In this document: positions 51,294 through 61,696 of the stretch, in pieces | How positions within the stretch are numbered: position 1 is the first letter of the stretch | How the letters are laid out: every line of letters starts with the position of its first letter | NCBI RefSeq assembly: GCF_003073045.1 | Contig: NC_037593.1 | Span: 29,329,367 to 29,393,366 of the forward strand | Source of the DNA: Pomacea canaliculata | Taxonomy: Eukaryota | Reading direction: 5' to 3' | DNA length: 64,000 bases | Translations under genes and position numbers: made by a program | The notes under the pieces: model-generated | Database searches by the model: none | Seen by the model: only the letters and a program-made list of their open reading frames with translations | Told to the model about the DNA's origin: nothing

Positions 51294-51649
51294 CCTTATA
51301 AATCAGGTAGCCACTTTTATTTTTACTGAAAAGAATGAGCAGGATGGAGAGTGGGGGGGGTGGGGAAGCAGAATCCTATCCACAGGCCACAAACCAGTGA
51401 CCATATGCAGTAACTTCCGAACACGAAGTCTACCCTTATTCTAAGGGGTGACTAATACATTTACTTTTGCATTATCCTAACATAAAAAATTCCATTTAAA
51501 ATGAAAGAAAAACTGGATAAAAAATAAAAATACGTTAAATGAACAATGTCAGTGACACTAACTCAGATGAAGTGATGATCCAGACATTTTAGAGTTGGCT
51601 AATATCGATGCAGTCTTGGCTTGCATCACATTAGAATGCTAAATTTTGA

Positions 51650-52350
51650 TTGCCGAGGTAGTCACGTGACCGTGGTGACGGGCCTGGCGACCTACCCGTC
51701 GTAAAATATGCGGCGTTCAATCGGAGCGCCAGTTGAGAAGGTGAAGAAATGGGTGATTTACCAGTCGACACACCACGTGACCTATCAGACGCGCGCGCAG
51801 CAATCAGCGGAAGGGGGTAGGGGTTCGGTTACCAATTAGGTCGGGAGTGCCGGCGATTAGCTGCCGAGCCTTGCACCTTGGCCCAGTGGGCCGCGGGCGG
51901 ACGCAAGTCAAACAAGTGTGCCGCGCGAGGACCGCGCCAGTGCACGTGCGACGCGTGGCGACACGGTGCGCCTAATGAGGCGGTCAGCCTCGTGCCGCGA
52001 GGGGCGCCCGTGCACCAGACCTGACGTAGGGCTGTTGTGCGGCGTCAAAGTTGCAGCAGCTCGTCGAACGCCGCCGACCTCGGGTCCGAGTCCCCCGATG
52101 TACCACTCCCGTGCACCCACCAGCCTCAAACATCCTCAATAGCCTCCCCTGGCAAAAGAGAAGTGGTGCGCGGGAAAATGACACGCCGGAAGTGGCATGA
52201 AAGTGATGGCGCCTTCACACACCAGTTGGCAATCATTGACTAGGTTACCGCAGCTTATTCTTCCATTGTCGGAGCAAACCAGCGAGCAGTTTGCCCTCGC
52301 CCCCCGCTTCTGTCAGACTGTAGAGCGGGACCCACATCTGTGTGCGCGCG
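51650..52350. other. CpG-rich, GC-rich island-like segment (~700 bp) without a convincing ORF. Candidate CpG-island promoter or non-coding locus.
   Basis: Dense CG dinucleotides, e.g. 'gccgcgggcggacgcaagtcaaacaagtgtgccgcgcgaggaccgcgccagtgcacgtgcgacgcgtggcgacacggtgcgcc..cgtcgaacgccgccgacctcgggtccgag'. Includes GTCACGTGAC at 51661-51670 and CACGTG at 51774. Both strands carry only overlapping ~70-aa ORFs typical of GC-rich noise. Confidence 0.5.
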
Positions 52351-53040
52351 TGCGAGAGAGAAAGAAGGATAATCGTGAAGGAGTGAATAAAACTTACATT
52401 TGAGAAACACCTCCAAGAAAAGACAAACGTATAGTTCAGAATAAACGCAAAAATAAAAACGGTATCTTGAGAGAATGTCGATGCTAGATATCAGATATCA
52501 GATATAAATTATAGCAAATTGTATTGAAACAGATTTTCAATGGTGTGAAGAGACACGCTGGTCATTAGTGTCAAAGTGTCAAATGATACAGTAAATTATT
52601 TAACACCTACATACAGCAAGGTACACGACAGTAAACCCAGACATTATTGTGACTGTCTGTGGTAAAGTTTGTTTTAAATATACATTATTTTTTCATAAAA
52701 TAAGTAAACTATAAGCTAAACTACATCGTCCTCGTCATGTGTCATTTTAAAATTTGGACTGACATGTAGATGTTAAATTGTTACATATTTTTAAAAAGTT
52801 GATTTTGTCAGAGCTTTCTAGCATCAATGCTGTTAAATTACAATAGATAAGTTGATGTGTTTGGCAAAATATGTCGGACTTCTCTATTATATTTTATGTG
52901 AGATATGTTTGCCACATTCCACAGCTGGTCCATGCACAAAAAAACAAATTCCAAATTTCCGAACCCACAGTCCGAACACTTCCACTGTCACACACATCTT
53001 ATGTTCTTCCGACATTCAATTCCCCCTCCCCCCTAAAAAA

Positions 53041-53270
53041 AATCTCCAGTTGAAAATGACACCAAGTCTCCACTTGAATATAACACCAAGTTTCCACTTC
53101 TAGGTAACACAAATATGTCCACTTGAATATAACACCAAGTCTCCACTTGAATATAACACAAAGTTTCCACTTCTAGGTAACACAAATATGTCCACTTGAA
53201 TATAACACAAAGTTTCCACTTCTAGGTAACACAAATATGTCCACTTGAAAGTAACACAAAGTTTTCACTG
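53041..53270. repeat. Minisatellite, ~22-24 bp unit x ~9-10
   Basis: Alternating units 'ccacttgaatataacaccaagtct' / 'ccacttctaggtaacacaaatatgt' repeated in tandem. Confidence 0.8.
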
Positions 53271-55634
53271 ACACCGATGCTCTTCCTGAAGTTATTTCTA
53301 ATTCAGCTCTGGTTGGTGAGCCCGAGGCGGATACGATGAATAAGCGAAGATCAAACAACAAAAGTGAGAAAAAAAAAACCCACAAAAACCTGGAGAAAAA
53401 AAGTCTTTTGCTAAATGGCAAGTTCAAAACTTAACTAACATTCTTCAAACATTAAACACACGCTCACCGAACAATCAACAAAGATACACACTCACCTCCA
53501 AGATACAAATCTGGTCAGGATGTGCCCAGTCCAGTCAAGGCTAACTTCAATTCTGTTCAGGACTTGTTAAATAACACAATCTGGTCAGGATGTGCACAGT
53601 CGGTCAGGACTACAACACCAAGTCGGTTCAAGACTTGTTGCAAACAAACTGATGACACACTGATGACACCGAGGAGACTGTTACTTCTCCCGCCCGTCAA
53701 GGAAAAACTCACACAACAACATCCCAAACACTCAAACACTCTTTCCTTTGTTCTTCGAACAAAACAACCTATCAACACCAGTTGATTAAAAAAAAAAAAA
53801 AACAACAACAAAAAAACAAAGCCCGGCCGGCCATCCCTGTGTGGCGCGCACTCAGACAGTATTGCTGTCTTTCAACCTCCCCTTCCAGTTACTTTTTCCC
53901 TGTCTCCTTCCTAGCTCAAAAAAAAAAAAAAAAAAAAAAACATTAAAAAATATAGCGCAGCAGGTTTGTGACATACCTCAATCTCATTTATTATTACTTT
54001 CTTTGTTTAAACGTCTGGTCAAACAGATTTCTCAAATCATGAAGTGGAGTCATATCTGGCGTCCTGTCGGTAGAGGTTGTTGCTACTAATCCACTGAAAG
54101 ACTTTGCAGCTTACATATCTTGTATTATTTAATTTTAACATAATGATTATCTAAAATTGGAACTTTTGTAGTTAAAAATAATTTTTGTGCATCAACACTC
54201 TGGCCAAACAGACACACAACAACAAAAAAAAAGAAAAAAAGAAAACAATGTCTAAACTTTTGACATAAAGGCACGAGAGTGAGTAGTGTTCATGGAGTGG
54301 TGAAATACTAAATTAAGGATGAATGAAAACGGTCCAGCTGATATTCAGTCTGCATCAAACCTTTAAATGTCATGTCAACATCATCTTGTGTGATAATGTA
54401 TGTGGACTGCCACTTGTTTGGCAGTAACAAGTTGGTTATTTAACTAATAAGCTTTGTCCGTCAATGGAGAAGCAGCCAGAGACATTGGTGTGGAAGGAAT
54501 GTGCCATGTCGCATTATGTAAAAAATACTGTCATGTTTGAAATGAGTGTAATGGCGAAGCCTGCAAGGAAAAATAACTTTGGTACACGGGAAATGGCCAA
54601 AAGCAGCTTTACATGTAGGATCATCGAAACACAAATCATTTCCGGTCAGTAGGTCGCGCACGATTCTCCATTGGGTGTGGGAGCCCCTCACAGGGTGCAA
54701 ACGTACCCACTCTTTGGTTTGAGATCATAAAGCATTCTTGTAGTGACGATCATATAATAAATCGTGCTCGAAAGGCAAGTTAATGGATGAGTTTCTCATG
54801 ACAATGGCCAACATGCAAATTTCTCTGTTAGGATCAAGTTAATTATACATCTACAGAGGTTTTCTCTCAGTGATTCTTTAATTGTGTGGAGGACGTTTGC
54901 GATTGGTTTGTGGCTGTCGAACCTTTGCAGTCAGATGTTCCGAAATGTTTGTAAAGGAGACATGCAGGACATATAAGTCACAGGGCAGAGACATTCATTT
55001 TGTCCTTTTCAGTTCGGAAAAGAATTACCTGCAGCTGATATAAATTACATCAAGCCTTATGAAACTGATATAAAGCCTTGTGGTTACTACTTCATAGCAG
55101 CTCTCAGTTCCACGTTCGCTTGGCCCAGTGACAAGAAAAAGCTCTTCTAGGAGCCTAGAGCCAGTAAACCACTCACAGTTAGCCCACTCAATGTATCATC
55201 ATCGTTATTTCCTAAGATAGCAGTTTCATAATCCACTTACCGGAAATTGGTCATGAAGCCTTTGTTGAAGCGAGACATTCGATGAGATAAAATCTGAGAA
55301 GAAGGGGAACTGCCAGGGTCGAGACTGGAACTGTTTTCCCGTCAGACAATGTTTCAAAGTACAGCACCCTTTCCTTTCTTTAGCAACCAGTAGGTGAGAC
55401 AAACACAAATGTTTAGCTTAGTCTCGGGATTTTTTCTAAACCGAGTATATTTGACGGCGCCATCGTTAGGACAACAAGGAAAGGACTTTCTTTGAAGTTA
55501 TAAGTTATCGGTAGCCGTGAGATCAGATCCCGTCCCCAACACACCTTTTTTTTTTTTTTTTTTTTACCTTCTTTTCCGTACTCCCACCCGGCTAGCCTCT
55601 TGGTGACAAATTATGGGTAATGATCAGTAATGCA

Positions 55635-55880
55635 GTGGCGTAGGAAGATGTTCGGCGTTGGGGGGGGGCAAATTCCCTGCTGACAGTGAACGGCGTTCGC
55701 ACTCGCACGGTGATGACCGTCTCCTCTCTACGTTCCCCTACCTTTCTTCTGTTCTTTGCTCTTTGTGAGGAATTACGTCTCAAATATTGGGGGGGCAAAA
55801 GGATATTCCTGCCCCCCCCCCTGTATTTTCCTTGGGGGGGGGGCGGCTGCCCCCGCTGCCCCCCTGGTTCCTACGCCACT
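55635..55880. repeat. Perfect 14-bp inverted repeat (cagtggcgtaggaa / ttcctacgccactg) bracketing ~220 bp that contains G9-10 and C9-10 homopolymer runs. A T25 run lies immediately 5' at 55546-55570.
   Basis: 'cagtggcgtaggaagatgttcggcgttgggggggggcaaattccctgctgacag ... ggggggcaaaaggatattcctgcccccccccctgtattttccttggggggggggcggctgcccccgctgcccccctggttcctacgccactg'. Confidence 0.75.
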
Positions 55881-57699
55881 GTATCTTCGAAGATGCTTTC
55901 AAAACGTTTGTGTATATCTGACCTTTTAGATAACGAGGGTTCATTCTTCGTGCAACACCATATATATACTAGAAACTTTACAGAGCATATTACCCACAGC
56001 ACAGAGCTAATGACAGTTCATCGTCCCTACTAGGGTCGTCGCTCTCCACATGTTCAGCCAACTAGAATACAATAACACAAATACATACACACACTCGCGC
56101 GCGAAGGCCGTACACACAGGTGGTTTCCGGGGTCACAGGGGAGGTAATCCGCGGTGACGTCACGGGGCTACTAGCACGTGCTGCTGAGAACTGAACCAAA
56201 CCACGTCGATTCCGGAATGGTCCTGGGAGGCGATTCCAGGAGGCTCCAATTCTTCAGCCCATACACTTAAAACCTGTAACTCGAGGTTACACTATACTAA
56301 TTCTCCAATTCTCACATCTTGTTCTCTTATGTTAATGACTCGAAACCTGCATTATATCCATTACAATTTCACAAAAAAATGGCATTAATACGATTCGAAA
56401 GAATTTAGACAGACGAAAATAGACGCGTATCCACGTTATGCAGATTCTGAAATCCGTTGTTCAATGCAATGCAAGTGGGTAAAAAAAAGTCTACTTTTTT
56501 ACTCTTTTTTTTTTTTTTCGAGTTGGCCTCATCTTTCCCAGTATGAGCTGCTTATTCTCCGCTGATGAAGTTTTCGTTTTGTGCCGCTCAGACGCTTGTT
56601 TAAAGGTCGGACTGAACTGAGAGCATTTGAAGCAGGGAGGTAACTGCGCGCTCACGACGTACAAGAGATTACGGCCCTTTCACTAAAAAAAATTACTTCA
56701 CAAACTCTAGGATTTTAAAATCTGGGGCTGCCTGAACGCTAATCATCTGGAATTCGATAGTATTAGGAGAAATTTGTACTGTGCTAAATTACGCTAAGAT
56801 TAATCTTTTTTAAAATGATAATGTGCTAGCCCATTCACCTGAGATTCTATATTCTATATATTTGGCATTGTCGCTTGACTTTCCTAGAGACTGCTAAAGG
56901 TTTGGGCTGCGTGTGTGCTCTGGAATGTCAGTCCGGGGGCTGGGGCATTAACAAATGGCTAAAAACTATCAGGTATTGTCTGGGTGGCTTCGTCTCCCTA
57001 ATTTGTGACTAAATAGTACAGTTAGCAACATCACTAATTAACATTAATGAAACGTCACCAGCTATCTCTTAAAATTATTTTATTTATCATGGTATTTTAG
57101 TAAAACAGAAAACAAGACACTTTAATGAAAAGTTCGCAAAATAATTAAGTCTGAAGACGTACTGTGAATATAGTTTTTTTTTTAATCCATTAACTTTTAT
57201 ATGTCCACGCGGCATGATGGCCCAGCCCTGTCCACGCAGCGAATCGGCATGAGAAGGCAGGGCGGGGAGTCGGACTAGCTTCACCACTGGGCAAGGATGG
57301 CTGATGGCTGATGGTAAGAGGAGGGTTGGCTTAACGAGAACTGCCGAGGTCGCTGACGTCACGCTCCCGAAGGCTCCCAAAGTTTTTCCCTTCACTGAGA
57401 CCTTTATTTAAAAAATTCAGCTCCCGGGGATGAGTAATTTTCCGCAATTCTTTCCGGCCAAAACCTACTGGTGAACTGTCTTCACTAAGCACTTTCTGTC
57501 TCAGTTAACCCTTTCCTATCTAAGGTTTACATACATTCAACATATACGTTAGTCCCTGAGCCACCAAAGGGTTAAACACTCCGTAAAACACGGGAGGCAA
57601 GACTGGTCCCTGACAATGAACTTCTATGTATTTTATTACTGGCGCTACACTTTAGTCTCTATGGACTGAAACACACAGAAGTAGTCAGACTGCATCACG

Positions 57700-58760
57700 T
57701 GTGGAGGATCAACCAGACCATCTTATCTGACGTCCCATCTGTCATCGACAGCCACTGCCAGCAGATGCAGGATCATCGATTAAAAACTTGTCCATTCTTC
57801 GAGTGATCAATACAGAGCTTTTAGCAAGATCAACTTTGGATGGACTTTAACAGCTTTCTTATCTGCTAGTTGATAACGGCTCGCAGTTTGTATGTCATCT
57901 CGCCTCTGCCTGTCTGTCCATTGCTAACAGAAGAATTACAGCTATCAGGTTGTGTCCAGTATGTCAGAGTTTTCCCTTCACATGTCGTCTGCTCCATGTT
58001 CTACATTTTGGCCTGTAGACAAGTATGTTTTCATCACCTCCGCTCGAAACCGATACATGCCTCGTTTCTAAGTAAGGCTGTGAAATAGTTGCTGACATGG
58101 TGTAAGACTCCAATTAACTAACCTACAATTAGGCATTGCCACCTGTGGGTCTCTCTCTCTCTTGTGTGTGCATACTTAGTGTTTTGGTAAACATCTAGGA
58201 GAAAATTGTAGTTAAGAGAATAAAACCGAGGCCTGACACAAAGGTCCCATCTGTCATTGCGAACAGATATCAGATTATCTATTAAAATCTTTCTCATTTC
58301 AGTGTGATCAGTGCTGAACTTGAAGTAAGATCCCTATTGGATCGATTCTTGCATCGTTCTTAGCTGCTAGCTGATAAAGGTTTTTTCTGTGTTCGCGTAC
58401 GCCATACACTGTTAAGGCGTCTGGAAAAGGAGTGGTCACGTGACATTACTTTTTTTGTTTTCTCTCGTAATTTGTTGCTGGAGCCGGCCGGTTGTTTGTA
58501 AATTCTTTTTAGTACAAATCTTGATTGATCTTTCTCTCAATAACCTTCGTAGCCTCTTTCATCATTACAAGAAATTTTTTTTTTAATTTTTAAAAAAACT
58601 AACAACCGGTTAATTATGCAATCATTCTATACTAAGAAACGTCAGAGCTTCCCTAAACGATGGTAAAGGACACCGGCTCCTGGACTATCCAGTAAAGAGA
58701 GACAAAATGTTAATCATATATAAATTTCTCAGAATTGTCACTAAGTAAAATTGTTCAAGA
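57700..58760. repeat. Internally tandem-duplicated intergenic block (sub-units ~57700-58100 and ~58250-58760). It is a paralogous copy of the SULT-11 5' flank and intron-1 region (60560-62040), including a promoter-like segment with GTCACGTGAC at 58435-58444
   Basis: 'ggagtggtcacgtgacattactttttttgttttctctcgtaatttgttgctggagccggccggttgtttg' (58431-) vs 'ggagtggtcatgtgacagcattttttttctcttttctcccttcttgcgctggccgcttgtttg' (61691-). 'ggacaccggctcctggactatccagtaaagagagacaaaatgttaatcatatataaatttctcagaattgtcactaagta' (58671-) vs 'ggacgccggctcatgaaccctccagtatagggagacacaatgtgaatcatagacaaatttctcagagttgttgctaagta' (61941-). 'tttcttatctgctagttgataacggct' motifs recur at 57861, 58361 and 60661. Confidence 0.7.
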
Positions 58761-58850
58761 GTCACCAGGCTGAGCTGAGTCGTTGCTATGCCAACTTGTT
58801 CAACGAGTAAAGGTGTGTCCGCTTAGCAAATGTTGAGATAACTGTGAGTT

Positions 58851-58960
58851 TCACGAATACTGTATGACATAGGGCAGGTCTTTCAACTCTTTCTCCACGA
58901 CTGCGTCCATCTGCTCGCTCATGGCCACAGTAAGATAGTTCTTCCAGTCGCCCACCTCTC
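58851..58960 (-). CDS. SULT-11 coding exon 5
   Basis: 'gttccag|GAGAGGTGGGCGACTGG'. '(G)[35 protein letters not shown]'. TGA stop at 58851-58853. Exon sum ~921 nt. Confidence 0.8.
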
Positions 58961-59175
58961 CTGGAACACAAACATACAAAGATTCATTACATCAGGTAGA
59001 TGATAAATCAAACAGGACTTTTTTCTTCATTTTGGATGATATGTTGAAAAATTTATGTCTCGCCATATTGTAACACACTGAGGAAGGTTATTTTTAAAAT
59101 ACCGACAGTCTTCAAAATTTGTCCTTTTTACCATAGTGTGATAGCATTGACAAGTAGCACAATATCCATAATTAC

Positions 59176-59362
59176 CTTTTCTGTACATATTCATCTTTCT
59201 ATGTGGAATATTTTTGCTTTTGGTAAATTCTGGAATGGCTTTCTTCTCATCCTGTTTCTTCATGTTCTGGAAGCTGCAGGCCTCTGCGATTTCTTCACAC
59301 AGTTGCTGTGATGCTGGAACTTCCAAAAACTCAGCAATCTGCTTTACTTTATCTGAGGGACT
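59176..59362 (-). CDS. SULT-11 coding exon 4
   Basis: 'tttttcag|AGTCCCTCAGATAAAGTAAAGCAG'. 'SPSDKVKQIAEFLEVPASQQLCEEIAEACSFQNMKKQDEKKAIPEFTKSKNIPHRKMNMYRK(G)'. GTAATT donor. 187 nt. Confidence 0.8.
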
Positions 59363-59558
59363 CTGAAAAACAAGTTTTATGCAAATATAGACACAATCTA
59401 AATACTAATTCTATATTTGACAAACCACTTGAAAGAGATGTAGACCTAATAAATTCAAATCTCTAAAATATCTCAGAATGGAACCAGAGAATACTGATGC
59501 CTGTTGTCAAGACAAAATTGTGTAAATTGTATCAGAGATTTGCAGTGGCCTTACAAAC

Positions 59559-59662
59559 CCGTTTCATATCTTCAAAGGAGATGGATAATATAGGAATGTT
59601 CGGATTTTCTTGGGTAAAATCGTGAAACTGCCGCAAGTAACTGAAGTAAGCACCATAGTTGA
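59559..59662 (-). CDS. SULT-11 coding exon 3
   Basis: 'tgtttcag|TCAACTATGGTGCTTACTTC'. '(x)NYGAYFSYLRQFHDFTQENPNIPILSISFEDMKR'. GTTTGT donor. 104 nt. Confidence 0.8.
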
Positions 59663-59905
59663 CTGAAACAGAACAAAATGTACAATCCCTTTATTATTGT
59701 AAGTCATCGAATGGAAAGATGAGACAGACAGGGACAGAGAGGGGAAGGCCAAGAAGCAGATACAGAAAGAGTGTAATCAACGTGTAGAACATACCTGTAC
59801 ACATACACACATATATGTGACAAGGGGCAGATAATTTCTGCTGTAAAAGTTACTCGTTTGCTCCCCTTTTTATGCAAAAAAAAATAATAAATCATATTTG
59901 CTTAC

Positions 59906-60223
59906 CTTTGCCATCTAAGAATCGTTGAAAAAATTCTGAAAATTCAACGAATGTATTGAAAAGGTTCTTTTGCATGAAGTAGAAGGATACAACAGTGTCC
60001 TTAGGATTGCGATAAACATGAAGGACCTTGACACGCTTGTCTCTGATCTGTTGCCACGGCAACATAGAAAACGGAAGATGCGTATTGAGGATGCGCGGAG
60101 ACGCCATGGCCGCTACCATGTCCACGTCGACAAAGTCGACCATCAGCTGTTCCTTGCGACGAGTCTCGTACTCGGCCTTGCCTTGCAGCAACATGGAGGT
60201 CACCTCCCACAGCCAGTGAGTTC
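59906..60223 (-). CDS. SULT-11 coding exon 2 (318 nt)
   Basis: 'ttggtcag|GAACTCACTGG'. '(G)THWLWEVTSMLLQGKAEYETRRKEQLMVDFVDVDMVAAMASPRILNTHLPFSMLPWQQIRDKRVKVLHVYRNPKDTVVSFYFMQKNLFNTFVEFSEFFQRFLDGK(G)'. GTAAGC donor. Confidence 0.8.
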
Positions 60224-61300
60224 CTGACCAACAGATATGGACACAGAGTGAGTTGTTGACTAACAAAGATGGACACGCCTAATTAATTCGACATACCGCA
60301 AAATGGGGTTCATATCTCCCACAATAGCCATCTGTCGCAGTCTTGGTCAATGTAACAGGTTAACAATAGTCCTTCCCTCCACAGCAAAAGTTTCTTTTAA
60401 TCACTGAAGATTTCCATGCATACAACCTCAGCTCCATCTCATTGAAGTGAGGGAGGGATCCAAGGGTTAAATTTGTTAATTTTAAAGAGTGGATCTTTTG
60501 TATAAAGAATTTTTTTTTTATTTTGAAGGAATTGGTGGCTGTCAACTATGTGAGGTTCAGTCCTTGCGAGCAGACGGCTGCCATGTCGATTTAAAGCTTG
60601 CCCGTTGTATTTGTGATTGATGCAGATATAGGAACTTTTAAACAAGATTCTAAAGCCAAAACCTTTCTTATCTGATAGTTGATAAAGGCTTTCTTGCACA
60701 CCCACGTGTGTGTGGTGGTGGTGGTGGTGGTAGGAGACAGGTACAGCCATTATGTCCTGCCCCACTTTGCCAGAGCTTTGAAGTACAAGCCGTCTGCTCC
60801 ATGTTCTACATTTTGACCTGTTCATGAAATGTTTTTATTACCCCACCTTCTGATCTTTTCTGGCGTGTTTCATCAGAAAGGCATTACCATTTGTGATTTT
60901 GCTCTCTCTCTCTCCCTCCTTCTCGTGTATGTGTGTATGAATATTTAGGCCCTCGTTATATTTTTAATCAAGAACAAGGGGTGTGCTTATCAAATGAGTT
61001 CGTGCAAACAAGTGTTTGCCAGCAAGCATTCGTGTAAAGGTGAGAAAAATGTGAGGCAATTGTTAGAACTACAGCGAGTAAATCTGCTGAACAGCAGTGG
61101 TCGTGGGTTACCAAATTAAACCTCAGCCTCTTTCTGATCATAGTCAGACGTCTCTCACCTTATTCTGATATCTGTTATTTCCCCCATCAACCTGAGTCCT
61201 ATCTCTCTCTCTCTCTGACCTCTTTCACATCACATCATACTTCACATCAATCTCATCCCTCTCACTACAGTCTGACCCCTCTCAGAGTCGGACATCTTAC

Positions 61301-61502
61301 CTGTTTTGGGGTAGGTACACAGCAGGATGTCATCGTGTCGAAGCTCCATGTTGCGCAGATCATCGATGTGTTTCTCCCACTCCTCTTTGTTAAATCGGAA
61401 ACTGGGCAGAGGAATACCTTCTACCAGCCAGTAAATTGGATCAAGCTTGCCATCTTTCTCGTTTTCCATCTTGAAAGAGCTGTTGTGTTCCTGGCTTGTC
61501 AT
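61301..61502 (-). CDS. SULT-11 cytosolic sulfotransferase (subfamily III), coding exon 1 of 5
   Basis: Probable ATG at ~61502 (minus) 'MTSQEHNSSFKMENEKDGKLDPIYWLVEGIPLPSFRFNKEEWEKHIDDLRNMELRHDDILLCTYPKT(G)'. GTAAGA donor. The ORF track extends upstream to ~61559 with a non-ATG start, so the start is uncertain by 1-2 nt and up to 57 nt. Confidence 0.65.
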
Positions 61503-61696
61503 TCCACCTGAAGCAACGGTCGGGACTGCACTGACAGCGACGAAATTATCTAGTGTCACGCTTATGTTTGTTTAACAATTTACCTCTGGGAGACCCTTTA
61601 AATATTTTCTTTCGTCTGCTATCGGCAGTGTCTGTCCTGTGACTGCTGAAGGCCGTGCGAGAGCATTTTTATAGGTGTCAAGTTATGGGAGGAGTG

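Noticed and set aside
51650-52350. rRNA or snRNA gene in the GC-rich segment
   Set aside because: No match to conserved rRNA or snRNA motifs that I can recognise. Kept as CpG-island-like segment of unknown function.
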